DNA of 64,000 nt from Desulfatiglandales bacterium (lineage in GTDB: Bacteria > Desulfobacterota > DSM-4660 > Desulfatiglandales > HGW-15): the NCBI GenBank assembly GCA_963667015.2, contig CAXXJJ010000004.1, positions 2,400,001 to 2,464,000 of the forward strand. The letters run 5' to 3'. The notes under the pieces were generated by a model. It did not search any database and had not been told where the DNA came from. It saw nothing but the letters and a program-made list of their open reading frames with translations. Position numbers and translations under genes: made by a program. This document shows positions 20,881 through 31,675 of this stretch, piece by piece. The first letter of the stretch is position 1. Every line of letters begins with the position of its first letter.

Positions 20881-21516
20881 ATGGCACAATATCAACTGGC
20901 TGCAACAGTAAGAGAAACAACAGGAAAAGAGGCAGCTAAAAAGATGAGAAAAGAAAAGAATATTCCAGGCATTTTTTATGGACCGGATAGCAAACCGGTC
21001 ATGTTGAGCTTCAAGGACGGGGACCTGAGAAAAATATTAAAAAGTGCTGCCAGTGAAAACATTATTATGGGGCTTGAGTTAAAATCTGATAAGGGCACCG
21101 AAACAAAAGTGGTCATGCTTAAGGAACTTCAGGCAGATCCGTTAAAAGACTCCTATATACATGCTGACTTTTACGAGATCTCAATGGATAAGGAGCTGAC
21201 CCTTAATGTTCCTGTAATACTGGTAAATACTCCGGTTGGTGTTACAAATGGCGGAATCCTCCAGCATGTTAGACGTGAGTTGACTATCTCCTGTCTGCCC
21301 GACAAGGTAATTGAATCCATAGAAGTCGATGTATCAGGACTTGACATAGGTGAATCAATCCACATTGAGAATATAATCTTCCCTGAAGGAATCACCTCAT
21401 CTCAGGAAGGTCGCCTTACAGTAGCAGTTGTCAATGCACCAACTGTATCAGAGGCAGGAGAAGGTGAAGACGAAGAAGCTGAAGAAGAAGCTGCAGAAGA
21501 AGCTGCAGAGGAATAA
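20881..21516 (+). CDS. rplY: 50S ribosomal protein L25/Ctc
   Basis: IPGIFYG, HADF, GVTNGG, IEVDVSGLDIGESIH. Confidence 0.93.
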   Translation: MAQYQLAATVRETTGKEAAKKMRKEKNIPGIFYGPDSKPVMLSFKDGDLRKILKSAASENIIMGLELKSDKGTETKVVMLKELQADPLKDSYIHADFYEISMDKELTLNVPVILVNTPVGVTNGGILQHVRRELTISCLPDKVIESIEVDVSGLDIGESIHIENIIFPEGITSSQEGRLTVAVVNAPTVSEAGEGEDEEAEEEAAEEAAEE

Positions 21517-21528
21517 AATTACTGAAAA

Positions 21529-22116
21529 GTGTACTTGATTGCAGGTTTAGGTAATCCCGGCAGAAGTTATGCCGGTACAAGGCATAACATAGGTTTTATG
21601 GTTATTGATTCCCTGAGCCGGGAATTGGGAGTCAGCCTGACCGGTCGCCGCTTCCATTCAAGGAATGCACTGACGGAAAAAGACGGGGGGCAGCTGATAC
21701 TGTTGCGTCCCACAACATACATGAATTTAAGCGGTATGTCAGTAAAAGCATGCGCAGATTATTATCAGATCGATAACGATCATATTTTGATAATCCACGA
21801 TGACCTTGATTTACCATTCGGGAAAATAAAGATGGTATCTCATGGCGGAGCAGGTGGTCACAGGGGAATTCAATCAATATTTGATCATTTTGAAAGCAAG
21901 GCCTTTTCAAGAATTAAAATAGGGATAGGGAGGCCCGAAAACGGTGAGAAAATAGAAGATTTTGTACTCTCACCATTTTACTCTTCTCAAAAGGAAACAC
22001 TTAAAGAAGTTATTGGTTTTTCGGTCCATGCGTGCAGTCTCTATTTATCAGAGGGAATTGAGATTGCAATGAATCGAATTAATAGTAAAAACTTGAAAAA
22101 ACAAGGAGGGAATTAA
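21529..22116 (+). CDS. pth: peptidyl-tRNA hydrolase
   Basis: GLGNPG..Y..TRHNIGF, PTTYMNLSG, HDDLD, RIKIGIGRP. Confidence 0.96.
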   Translation: MYLIAGLGNPGRSYAGTRHNIGFMVIDSLSRELGVSLTGRRFHSRNALTEKDGGQLILLRPTTYMNLSGMSVKACADYYQIDNDHILIIHDDLDLPFGKIKMVSHGGAGGHRGIQSIFDHFESKAFSRIKIGIGRPENGEKIEDFVLSPFYSSQKETLKEVIGFSVHACSLYLSEGIEIAMNRINSKNLKKQGGN

Positions 22117-22119
22117 CGA

Positions 22120-24219
22120 ATGCAGGAATTAACTAATTATGGTTACCTTGTGGGCATTGCGAGTCTTGTTATCGCATTTTTGATTTTTTTGTATGTCAAA
22201 AAACAGCCTAATGGTAACAAGGTAATGCAGGAACTCGAAGAAGCTATCCATGACGGGGCAATGGCATTTCTTAAAAGAGAATATTCTATTTTAATTATTT
22301 TTATTATAGTGGTATTTTTTCTTCTTGGATGGCTCCTCAATGAATGGAAAACTCCCGTAGCATTTTTATCGGGTGCAATATGCTCGATGATTGCTGGTTT
22401 TTGCGGAATGACCGCAGCAACAAGGGGCAACGCGCGTACAGCTGAAGCAGCTAATAAATCAGGTCAAGCCAAGGCTTTGAATGTATCTTACTTTTCAGGA
22501 TCCGTAATGGGTCTTGCGGTTGCTGGTCTTGGCATGCTGGGTATTGGTATCTTTTTCAATATTTATGGTGGCAGCCCGGATAGCGCACAGTACATTTTCG
22601 GTTTTGGTATGGGTGCAAGCTCAATAGCCCTTTTTGCCCGTGTGGGCGGTGGTGTTTACACCAAGGCTGCTGATGTTGGAGCTGACCTTGTGGGTAAGGT
22701 TGAAGCAGGCATCCCGGAAGATGATCCTAGAAATCCCGGAGTTATTGCTGACAACGTAGGTGATAATGTTGGTGATATCGCAGGAATGGGTGCTGATATA
22801 TTTGAGTCCTTTGTAGGATCAGTAATTGCTACAATTGCTATTGGCGCGACACTGAAAGTTTCTGGTTATTTTGTGGACTACCCCGCATTTAGTATGATGG
22901 CCAGTGGTGAAATCACAGGTGCTATAGAGGAGACTATCAGACTGAAATTCATGGCACTGCCTGTTCTGGTTGTTATGGCAGGTCTTTTAAGCTCGTTTTT
23001 TGGTGTTTTCTCAATAAAATTATTCCAGAAGGGTGACCCTGCCGGTGCCTTACGGTACACAACATTTATAGCTGCTGCTATTTTCATTGCGCTTACATGG
23101 GTCATCATAAACCAACTTGGTATGCCAATGGGACCATTCTGGGCAATATTTTCAGGCCTTGTAGTTGGAATTATTATTGGTCTTTTAGCTGAGTATTATA
23201 CTTCAGGACCCCCTGTTAAATATATTGCTGATCAGACGAAAACAGGATCTGCAACTGTTATTATCTCAGGTCTTGCTGTTGGAATGCAGTCCACTTATCT
23301 GCCTATCCTTGGTATCTGCACAGCTACCTTCATCGCCTACCAGACAGCAGGCGTTTATGGTATCGGCCTTTCAGCAGTTGGTATGCTGGCAACAGTTGGC
23401 GCTACCATGACAGTTGATGCATATGGTCCAATTGCAGATAATGCAGGTGGTATCTCAGAAATGGCAGGTCTTGGACCTGAAACCAGGAAGATTACTGACA
23501 GCCTGGATTCAATTGGCAACACAACAGCTGCCGTTGGAAAAGGTTTTGCCATTGGTTCTGCAGCTTTGACCGGTCTGGCGCTATTTGTAGCCTTTACACA
23601 GGCAATAGAACTGACCTTCGAAGACGCGAAGGAAATCCTTGCAATAGACATCAGAAACCCTCTCGTAGTTATCGGAGCCTTTATAGGCGCAATGGTACCA
23701 ATGGTTTGTGCCGCTCTTACAATGACATCTGTCGGAAAAGCTGCATTTGCTATTGTTGAAGAAATCAGGCGGCAGTTTAGGGAAATCCCCGGACTTCTTG
23801 AAGGCAAAGAAGGTGTAAAACCTGATTCAAAAACCTGTGTATCCATTGCTACAACTTCTGCTCTTAAAGAGATGGTTATCCCGGGCCTTATTGCCATTAT
23901 TACGCCGATCGCAGTAGGATTCCTTCTTGGACCAATTGCTCTTGGTGGCCTGCTTCTTGGTTCATTAGTGATGGGCGCCTTTATGGCTCTTTTCATGTCA
24001 AACGCCGGTGGAGCATGGGATAATGCAAAGAAATACATAGAAGAAGGAAATGTTGGCGGAAAAGGTTCAGATAACCACAAAGCGGCAGTAGTTGGCGATA
24101 CAGTAGGTGATCCCTTCAAGGATACCTCAGGCCCAGCCATGAATATTCTAATAAAACTTATGGCTATTGTTTCGCTTGTTATCGCTCCGACACTTCCAGC
24201 TGTAGGCTATTTCTTATAA
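22120..24219 (+). CDS. hppA: membrane-bound ion-translocating pyrophosphatase, K+-dependent type
   Basis: [26 protein letters not shown] (the Ala marks the K+-dependent subfamily), [14 protein letters not shown]. Confidence 0.95.
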   Translation: MQELTNYGYLVGIASLVIAFLIFLYVKKQPNGNKVMQELEEAIHDGAMAFLKREYSILIIFIIVVFFLLGWLLNEWKTPVAFLSGAICSMIAGFCGMTAATRGNARTAEAANKSGQAKALNVSYFSGSVMGLAVAGLGMLGIGIFFNIYGGSPDSAQYIFGFGMGASSIALFARVGGGVYTKAADVGADLVGKVEAGIPEDDPRNPGVIADNVGDNVGDIAGMGADIFESFVGSVIATIAIGATLKVSGYFVDYPAFSMMASGEITGAIEETIRLKFMALPVLVVMAGLLSSFFGVFSIKLFQKGDPAGALRYTTFIAAAIFIALTWVIINQLGMPMGPFWAIFSGLVVGIIIGLLAEYYTSGPPVKYIADQTKTGSATVIISGLAVGMQSTYLPILGICTATFIAYQTAGVYGIGLSAVGMLATVGATMTVDAYGPIADNAGGISEMAGLGPETRKITDSLDSIGNTTAAVGKGFAIGSAALTGLALFVAFTQAIELTFEDAKEILAIDIRNPLVVIGAFIGAMVPMVCAALTMTSVGKAAFAIVEEIRRQFREIPGLLEGKEGVKPDSKTCVSIATTSALKEMVIPGLIAIITPIAVGFLLGPIALGGLLLGSLVMGAFMALFMSNAGGAWDNAKKYIEEGNVGGKGSDNHKAAVVGDTVGDPFKDTSGPAMNILIKLMAIVSLVIAPTLPAVGYFL

Positions 24220-24242
24220 TATTAGATAACAATTAAACTTTA

Positions 24243-24285
24243 ATATTCCCCATTACCCTTCCGGGTAATGGGGAATATTTATTTT
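24243..24285 (+). terminator. strong Rho-independent terminator after hppA
   Basis: TTCCCCATTACCC-TTCC-GGGTAATGGGGAA followed by a T-rich tail. Confidence 0.8.
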
Positions 24286-24436
24286 ACCATCATGCCAGTG
24301 TAATGCAGTGAAGTATGATAATAAATCTACTTTTCTGATTTCTGACCTCGACAACTTGCTAAATATATGATATACATATGAAGTTTGTGATAATTGTGCC
24401 CTAAAAGGGCATTCTAATTAAAATATTTAGCGTAAC

Positions 24437-24937
24437 ATGGAGCAATTGATGTTTAAAGAAGGTGATTTGGCAGTTTACCCTGCACATGGTGTTGGCATAA
24501 TTGAGACAATTGAATCCAAAGAAATATCAGGATGCAAGCAAGATTTTTATACAATCAGAATTCTTGATAACAATATGAAAATCATGGTCCCTACACAAAA
24601 CGTAGACAATGTCGGCTTAAGAGAAATTATAGGCCAGAAGGAAATCCCAAAACTCTATTCTATATTGAAAAAACGTGATGTCGTTATAGATAATCAGACA
24701 TGGAACCGAAGATATCGCGAATATATGGATAAAATAAAGACCGGGTCTGTCTTTGAAGTAGCAGAAGTATATCGTGACCTGCTAATGCTTAAAGAGGAAA
24801 AGGACCTGTCGTTCGGCGAAAGAAAAATGCTTGATACAGCCAGGACTCTTCTGGTGAAGGAGATATCACTGGCGAAAAATGTGGCTGAAACACAAATTGA
24901 AAAGGATCTGGACAAGATGTTTCCTGCAACAGTTTAA
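24437..24937 (+). CDS. carD: CarD/CdnL family transcription factor
   Basis: FKEGDLAVYPAHGVG, WNRRYREYMDKIKTG, LSFGERKMLD. Confidence 0.92.
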   Translation: MEQLMFKEGDLAVYPAHGVGIIETIESKEISGCKQDFYTIRILDNNMKIMVPTQNVDNVGLREIIGQKEIPKLYSILKKRDVVIDNQTWNRRYREYMDKIKTGSVFEVAEVYRDLLMLKEEKDLSFGERKMLDTARTLLVKEISLAKNVAETQIEKDLDKMFPATV

Positions 24938-25045
24938 ATACACGACTGTATGGAAACCGCTGCATATATTAATCGGTGATGCTAACCCCAGTTGTTTTCC
25001 TTATAAGTAAATCCGTCATATCTATTTATTACCCAGAAGAATATC

Positions 25046-26017
25046 GTGGAAAATGAACCAGGAAGACAAGTATCTCTCTCAGCCGAAATAACAGACACTG
25101 ATACACGCATTGACCAGTATCTCGCATCAAAATTAACTGATTTTACCAGGTCAAGGATTCAGTCATTAATAAAGGAAGGAAACGTAAAGGTAAATAATAC
25201 CCCTGTAAAGACCAGTTATCGTTTGAAAGCAGGTGATATAATCGCGATATCAATTCCGCCATCTTCGCCCTACCTGCTTAATCCTGAGCCTCTGGATCTA
25301 TCAATTATTTATGAAGACACCTCCATTATAGTACTGGATAAACCTCCCGGACTGGTGATCCATCCGGCACCTGGCCATAACAGCGGAACACTCGTACACG
25401 GGCTTCTTCATCACTGTGATGATCTTTCCGGAATCGGGGGAGTATTAAGACCCGGAATCGTACACAGGCTTGACAAAGACACCTCCGGGTTACTGGTTGT
25501 AGCAAAAAATGATAATGCACACAATTTTCTGAGCAGCCTGTTTAAAAGCAGCAGGATCAATAAAAGATATATAGCCCTTGTGCATGGCATACCTGAAAAC
25601 AATAAGGGAACAATCGATCTCCCTATTTCCCGCCATCCTGTAAAAAGAAAAGAGATGGCAGTATCATCATCGTCAAAGGGGAAAAATGCACTCACTATAT
25701 GGAAAATTCAGGAAATCCTGAGTGATAAATTTGCATTATTATCCGTAACAATAAAGACCGGCAGGACTCATCAGATAAGAGTTCATATGTCACACATGGG
25801 GCACCCGGTCGTTGGTGACCCGGTGTATGGATTTAAAAGCACATGGTGGGAAAAAAATACACATTATTCAAAGGAAATAGTGGACAGCATAAAAAGGCAG
25901 ATGCTCCACTCGGAATATCTTGGCTTTTTACATCCGGACACAGAGGAATACATGGAATTTAACTCACCGATTCCGCCTGATATGCGCCTGGTGATTAAAA
26001 ATTTGAAAACTATTTAA
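25046..26017 (+). CDS. rluD: RluA-family pseudouridine synthase (RluD-like, N-terminal S4 domain)
   Basis: RIDQYL..TRSRIQ, RPGIVHRLDKDTSG, TGRTHQIRVH. Confidence 0.88.
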   Translation: MENEPGRQVSLSAEITDTDTRIDQYLASKLTDFTRSRIQSLIKEGNVKVNNTPVKTSYRLKAGDIIAISIPPSSPYLLNPEPLDLSIIYEDTSIIVLDKPPGLVIHPAPGHNSGTLVHGLLHHCDDLSGIGGVLRPGIVHRLDKDTSGLLVVAKNDNAHNFLSSLFKSSRINKRYIALVHGIPENNKGTIDLPISRHPVKRKEMAVSSSSKGKNALTIWKIQEILSDKFALLSVTIKTGRTHQIRVHMSHMGHPVVGDPVYGFKSTWWEKNTHYSKEIVDSIKRQMLHSEYLGFLHPDTEEYMEFNSPIPPDMRLVIKNLKTI

Positions 26018-26034
26018 AAAAAAGAGAAATAGTC

Positions 26035-26063
26035 TTGACATGATTGGCATTTATGCTTATAGG
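26035..26063 (+). promoter_or_regulatory. sigma70-type promoter upstream of rho
   Basis: TTGACA (26035-40) - 17 nt - TATAGG (26058-63). Confidence 0.6.
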
Positions 26064-26546
26064 TTTATAATATCTTACCTTTTGGAGGATTCGGTAAAGT
26101 CCGGACATCAGATTTAGCTACACGGGAAGTTTTTTAGCTCTTTCATCATAATTAACTCACAAAAAGGTGCCTTTTGATTTCAGATAAGTAGTTCATGTGA
26201 GTTTTCTGAGACCTGTAAATCCCAAGCATCCCGAAAAAATGATTCCGGTTATAAAATTATAATATTAAAAATAATAACAATGGTATTAACTTCCATCTGG
26301 CAGGTCTTTGCATTTTTTACTAATGGTTAGATTCAAATCTGTAGCCTGAAACAGCAGCAAATTTTATAACCACACCGGCGAGACCAATTTCTCAAAAAAT
26401 ACCCAGAAAGGTATAGCTGGATTCAATTGATTGACCGGCAATAATTAGAGGGATTTTCCCTTTTTAAATATAAAAAATAAATATGAATTAATTAGCACAT
26501 TTTAATTTTATTAAAACAGAAAGAAAGCGTATATGGAGATCTAATT

Positions 26547-27794
26547 ATGAATCTTGTTGAATTAAAACAGATGAAAATCAGCGAATTAACAACTATGGCA
26601 AAGGATTTTGATATTGAGGGCGCCTCAGGAATGCCAAAACAGGAGTTGATATTTTCTCTTCTCCAGGCACATTCAGAACAAAATGGCATGATCTATGGAG
26701 AAGGAGTGCTTGAAACCCTGCCTGACGGTTTTGGATTTTTAAGGGCACCTGACGCCAATTATTTGCCGGGACCTGATGATATTTATATTTCACCTTCCCA
26801 GATTCGCCGCTTCAATCTCAGAACCGGTGATACGGTAACCGGTCAGATTCGCCCCCCAAAGGACACGGAAAGATATTTTGCCCTCCTGAAGGTTGAACAG
26901 GTTAACCATGAAGATCCCGAAATTTCACGTGAGAAAATTCTTTTTGACAACCTCACCCCGCTCTATCCGGACGAACGCATCAACCTCGAAACCACCGCTG
27001 ATAATTATTCATCACGAATCATGGATCTGCTTACACCAATTGGAAAGGGCCAGCGCGGACTTATAGTCGCTCCTCCAAGGACAGGTAAGACAATGCTCCT
27101 TCAGAATATTGCCAACAGCGTAACGGCAAATGATAAAAACATCCATAAGATAGTACTTCTGATAGATGAAAGGCCTGAAGAAGTTACCGACATGCAGAGG
27201 TCCGTCGATGCAGAGGTAATAAGCTCGACATTTGATGAGCCTCAGCAAAGGCATGTCCAGGTTGCCGAAATGGTTATTGAAAAGGCGAAAAGGCTTGTCG
27301 AGCATAAACGTGATGTGCTCATACTTCTGGACAGCATAACAAGGCTTGCAAGGGCATATAATGCAACTGTACCGCCGAGCGGAAAGATACTTTCGGGCGG
27401 TCTTGACTCAAATGCGCTCCATAAACCGAAAAGATTTTTTGGCGCGGCCAGAAATATCGAAGAGGGCGGAAGCCTGACCATTATAGCAACAGCCCTTATA
27501 GACACCGGAAGCCGAATGGACGAGGTAATTTTTGAGGAATTCAAGGGCACTGGTAACATGGAGATTATCCTTGACCGCAAACTCACAGATCGAAGGATCT
27601 TCCCGTCAATTGATATCAACAGGTCAGGAACCAGAAAGGAAGAGCTCCTGCTCAAGCAGGCAGATCTCAACAGGATCTGGATACTCAGGAAACTCCTTGC
27701 TCCCCTTACCCAGGTTGACAGCATGGATTTTTTACTGGACAAAATTAAAGGAACAAAGAATAATATAGCGTTTTTAAAATCAATGAGTCAATAG
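26547..27794 (+). CDS. rho: transcription termination factor Rho
   Basis: [45 protein letters not shown]. Confidence 0.98.
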   Translation: MNLVELKQMKISELTTMAKDFDIEGASGMPKQELIFSLLQAHSEQNGMIYGEGVLETLPDGFGFLRAPDANYLPGPDDIYISPSQIRRFNLRTGDTVTGQIRPPKDTERYFALLKVEQVNHEDPEISREKILFDNLTPLYPDERINLETTADNYSSRIMDLLTPIGKGQRGLIVAPPRTGKTMLLQNIANSVTANDKNIHKIVLLIDERPEEVTDMQRSVDAEVISSTFDEPQQRHVQVAEMVIEKAKRLVEHKRDVLILLDSITRLARAYNATVPPSGKILSGGLDSNALHKPKRFFGAARNIEEGGSLTIIATALIDTGSRMDEVIFEEFKGTGNMEIILDRKLTDRRIFPSIDINRSGTRKEELLLKQADLNRIWILRKLLAPLTQVDSMDFLLDKIKGTKNNIAFLKSMSQ

Positions 27795-27807
27795 AGAGAG
27801 GATTAAA

Positions 27808-28041
27808 ATGAAAAAAGATATACACCCTGAATACCATAAGGCCCTTGTTCACTGCGCTTGCGGTCACGAATTTGAGACAGGTTCCACACTTAAAACAATA
27901 AACGTGGAAATTTGCTCACAGTGCCATCCCTTTTTTACAGGAAAGCAGAAGCTGGTAGACACTGCCGGTAGAGTAGAAAGATTTAAAAACAAATATGCAA
28001 AGTTTGAAAAGGGAAAAAAGGCCCCTGCATCAAAAAATTAG
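27808..28041 (+). CDS. rpmE: 50S ribosomal protein L31 (Zn-binding form)
   Basis: [27 protein letters not shown]. Confidence 0.96.
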   Translation: MKKDIHPEYHKALVHCACGHEFETGSTLKTINVEICSQCHPFFTGKQKLVDTAGRVERFKNKYAKFEKGKKAPASKN

Positions 28042-28087
28042 TTTTAAACTTTACAGTAATTTCAGCTTTAAGGAATGCCTATTAATA

Positions 28088-28123
28088 ATGGAATGCCGGA
28101 TACCGGCATTCCATTTTCCTTTT
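28088..28123 (+). terminator. hairpin/terminator after rpmE
   Basis: ATGGAATGCCGG-ATA-CCGGCATTCCAT followed by TTT. Confidence 0.65.
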
Positions 28124-28177
28124 GGTAAATTATCCCTGTTTCTGACAGGACAACCTTTATTTGCATGAGCCTTTATA

Positions 28178-29242
28178 ATGTTTGAGAAGATCAACGAAAT
28201 TGAAGACAGGTTCAGTCTGCTTGAAAGTGAACTTTCCAGGCCTGATATATTCAAGGATCAGAATACCTATCAGAAATACACAAAAGAGCATAGTCAGCTT
28301 GCACCAATAATCAATACATACAGGGAATACATTAATGTGTGTGAAGAAATTGACAGCAACAGGTCACTTCTGAACGATTCAGATCCGGAGATGAGGAAAC
28401 TCGCCAGAGAAGAGATGGAATCACTTGAATCCCGAAAGGAAGAACTGGAACAGGAGCTTAAAGTCCTTCTTTTGCCAAAGGATCCCAACGATGAAAAGAA
28501 TATCATCCTTGAAATAAGGGCAGGAACAGGCGGTGATGAGGCAGCCCTATTTGTTGCAGACCTGTTAAGGAGCTATCTTAAGTATGCAGAGCTCAAGAAG
28601 TGGAAAACTGAGATCTTAAGCGAGAATATGATCGGAATAGGCGGCTACAAGGAAATAATAGTCCTTATCGAAGGTGATGATGTATACAGCAGGCTGAAGT
28701 TTGAAAGCGGTGTTCACAGAGTACAGCGTGTACCTGAAACAGAGGCCCAGGGTAGAATCCATACATCAGCTATTACTGTTGCAGTACTTCCTGAGGCAGA
28801 GGAGGTTGATGTAGAGATAGACCCTGATGATCTCCGGATCGACACATACAGATCCTCCGGCAAGGGAGGCCAGCATGTCAATGTTACGGATTCTGCTGTA
28901 AGGATAACCCACCTTCCTTCCGGGATCGTTGTAGCATGCCAGGATGAAAGATCACAGCACAAGAACAAGGCAAAGGCAATGAAGGTCCTGCGTTCAAGAC
29001 TTCTTGATGCCCAGGTGACAGAACAGCAGTCAAAAATATCACAGGATAGAAAAAACATGGTAGGCTCCGGAGACAGAAGCGAGAGGATCAGGACCTATAA
29101 TTTCCCACAGGGAAGAGTTACAGATCATAGAATCGGCCTTACGCTGTATAAATTAGAGAATGTAATGCAGGGAGAACTTGACCTTGTTATCGATCCTTTG
29201 AATACATATTTCCAGACTGAGGCACTGAAGGGTGAACAGTGA
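28178..29242 (+). CDS. prfA: peptide chain release factor 1
   Basis: [11 protein letters not shown] peptide anticodon, GGQ motif. Confidence 0.97.
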   Translation: MFEKINEIEDRFSLLESELSRPDIFKDQNTYQKYTKEHSQLAPIINTYREYINVCEEIDSNRSLLNDSDPEMRKLAREEMESLESRKEELEQELKVLLLPKDPNDEKNIILEIRAGTGGDEAALFVADLLRSYLKYAELKKWKTEILSENMIGIGGYKEIIVLIEGDDVYSRLKFESGVHRVQRVPETEAQGRIHTSAITVAVLPEAEEVDVEIDPDDLRIDTYRSSGKGGQHVNVTDSAVRITHLPSGIVVACQDERSQHKNKAKAMKVLRSRLLDAQVTEQQSKISQDRKNMVGSGDRSERIRTYNFPQGRVTDHRIGLTLYKLENVMQGELDLVIDPLNTYFQTEALKGEQ

Positions 29243-30128
29243 TAAAAAAACCTGGATTATAAAGGATCTTCTCCCTGTCTCCATAGATTTTTTAAAAGAT
29301 AAAAACATAGAATCACCCCGGCTTTGTGCAGAGATCCTCCTTGCCCACCAGCTTAATACTGACCGGCTTAAACTCTATCTTCAATATGATCAACCTGTTG
29401 GCCAGAATGACCTGAACCAGTACCGGGCAATGATTAAAAGGCTCATTGATGGAGAACCGGTACAATATATAACCGGCATACAGGAATTCTGGTCAATGGA
29501 TTTTATTGTAAACAACAGTGTCCTTATACCAAGGCCGGAAACAGAGATACTGGTTGAGCAGGCATTAAAGGCTTATAATGTAAACTTCAGGGAAAAGGGC
29601 CATAAGGTTTCAATCCTTGATATTGGCACAGGGAGCGGGGCCATTGCCCTTGCGGTTGCATCGGAAATAGGAGATGCGGAAATAACCGCGCTGGATATCT
29701 CACAGCCTGCCCTTGAAACTGCACAAAAAAATGCTGAAAAACATGATTTGACAGACCGGGTAAGATTCATATCCGGAGATCTATTTTCCCCTTTTAAAGA
29801 AGAAAATCAGCTTTTTAATATTATCGTCTCAAACCCGCCCTATGTTACGACAGATGAATATAAGGCCCTTCCCAGTAAAATTAAAAATTTTGAACCCAAA
29901 ACAGCCCTTGAGGGAGACGGGGACGGCCTTTGTTATATACGTTCAATTATCAGGGACGCACACAGGTTTTTATATCCTGACGGATGGCTTATGATTGAAA
30001 TGGCACCGGATCAGACTGAAAAGGCAATCAAAATGATCAGGGAAAGCAGCAAATATGCAGATGAACAAATTATTAAGGATTACAGTAACAAAGAAAGAGT
30101 TTTAATTGCACGCAATAAAAATTATTGA
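29232..30128 (+). CDS. prmC: release factor glutamine methyltransferase
   Basis: [20 protein letters not shown]; follows prfA. Confidence 0.95.
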   Translation: MNSDKKTWIIKDLLPVSIDFLKDKNIESPRLCAEILLAHQLNTDRLKLYLQYDQPVGQNDLNQYRAMIKRLIDGEPVQYITGIQEFWSMDFIVNNSVLIPRPETEILVEQALKAYNVNFREKGHKVSILDIGTGSGAIALAVASEIGDAEITALDISQPALETAQKNAEKHDLTDRVRFISGDLFSPFKEENQLFNIIVSNPPYVTTDEYKALPSKIKNFEPKTALEGDGDGLCYIRSIIRDAHRFLYPDGWLMIEMAPDQTEKAIKMIRESSKYADEQIIKDYSNKERVLIARNKNY

Positions 30129-30302
30129 AAAATATTATTACTTTAAATATTGTACATTACAAGGTTTTCAGCCTGCCCCGGTTTTTTTACGGCACTGGCA
30201 TTAAATTAAAAATCACGCCACATTCCCCTTGAAAAAACGGTCAACTTTGGCTTATATACCTTAAATAATTAAAAAATTAAATTGAACAGAGGTAAAGGAA
30301 TA

Positions 30303-31616
30303 ATGAAATCTACTGTTTCAGATAAATATGACGTTATAGTCATAGGAGGCGGAATCGCCGGAATGCAGTCAGCGCTTGATCTGGCTGATCAGGAATATAA
30401 AGTAGCTATCGTTGAAAAGGATGCCACAATCGGCGGAAAGATGATAAGGCTTGACAAGGTCTTTCCAACTCTTGACTGTGCATCCTGTATAACCACACCC
30501 AAGATGGCCTCGGTTGCGCATCATCCCAATATAGATATCCTGTCTTTATGCGAGCTTACCGACCTTAAAAAGGAAGGACTTAATTATATGGCAACGATAC
30601 TCAAGAGCCCCAGATATGTCGACGAAGAGGCATGTATCGGATGCAGGCAGTGTGAGTATGCCTGTCCTGTAATGGCTTCCGACGAAGAGCAGATGGGGTT
30701 AAGCGCCCGCAAGGCCATTTACATACCATTTTCAAATGCAATACCCCAGGTTGCGCTCATTGATGTTGAGAGCTGTGTTCTCTGCGGAAAATGCGAAAAG
30801 ATATGCCCTACAAACGCAGTAAATTATTTTGAAAAGGAAGAAATCCTTGAGCTGGAAGCAAAGGCGGTTATCCTTTCAACAGGCTATCAGCTTCTTGAGG
30901 ACTTTCCTGAACGGGCATATGGCGCGCCTGCAGAAAATCCCAATGTAATCCATGCACTTCAGCTTGAAAGAATACTGGCCCCTACAGGTCCCTACATGGA
31001 AGTCCTCCGTCCAAGCGATGGTAAGCTTCCTAAAACCCTTGCGTTTCTACAGTGTGCCGGAAGCAGGGACGAAACAAACGGGGTAAAATACTGCTCAAGA
31101 GTCTGCTGCATGTATGCCATTAAAAATGCACTGCTCGTACAGCAGGAACTGCCTGAAATCGAAATAACCATATTCTATATTGATATGAGGGCCTTTGGTA
31201 AAAATTATGAACAGTTCTTTCAGAAGGCAAAGAACAGCGGTATTAAATTTGTAAAGGCCAAACCCATAATCTATGGAAGAGGCAAGGAAGACCAGGTTAT
31301 CCTGCGATATGAAGATCAGGAAGGCGACGGAAGCAACCTTCTTGAAGAGTTCGATATGGCGGTCATGTCCCTTGGTATCCTGCCGGCATGGGACCCCCAG
31401 AATGCGACAGGGGTTTCCATTGGGGAAGACGACTTTATAAAACCGCCCTACCCGAAACTTTCCCCCACACAGACAGACAGGGAAGGTATCTTTGTCGCCG
31501 GAATAGCATCCGGTCCCAAGGATATTGTGGACAGTATACTGGAAGCAGGTTCGGCGGCAATGGACACAGCAAACTATATCAGATCCATGGAAGCAACAGG
31601 CAAGACTGCGGCCTGA
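30303..31616 (+). CDS. hdrA: HdrA-like FAD/[4Fe-4S] protein (lacks the N-terminal HdrA domain)
   Basis: VIGGGIAG, LDKVFPTLDCASC, two CxxCxxCxxxCP ferredoxin motifs, CAGSRD..YCSRVCC, GPKDI. Confidence 0.88.
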   Translation: MKSTVSDKYDVIVIGGGIAGMQSALDLADQEYKVAIVEKDATIGGKMIRLDKVFPTLDCASCITTPKMASVAHHPNIDILSLCELTDLKKEGLNYMATILKSPRYVDEEACIGCRQCEYACPVMASDEEQMGLSARKAIYIPFSNAIPQVALIDVESCVLCGKCEKICPTNAVNYFEKEEILELEAKAVILSTGYQLLEDFPERAYGAPAENPNVIHALQLERILAPTGPYMEVLRPSDGKLPKTLAFLQCAGSRDETNGVKYCSRVCCMYAIKNALLVQQELPEIEITIFYIDMRAFGKNYEQFFQKAKNSGIKFVKAKPIIYGRGKEDQVILRYEDQEGDGSNLLEEFDMAVMSLGILPAWDPQNATGVSIGEDDFIKPPYPKLSPTQTDREGIFVAGIASGPKDIVDSILEAGSAAMDTANYIRSMEATGKTAA

Positions 31617-31675
31617 TTTTTCGGATCATAAGATTTAATAAATTATACAAAAAATAATCGGAGCATCATTATAAA

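Noticed and set aside
21460..21513. GAAGAAGCT-type tandem repeats at the end of rplY
   Set aside because: They simply encode the usual Glu/Ala-rich L25/Ctc tail.
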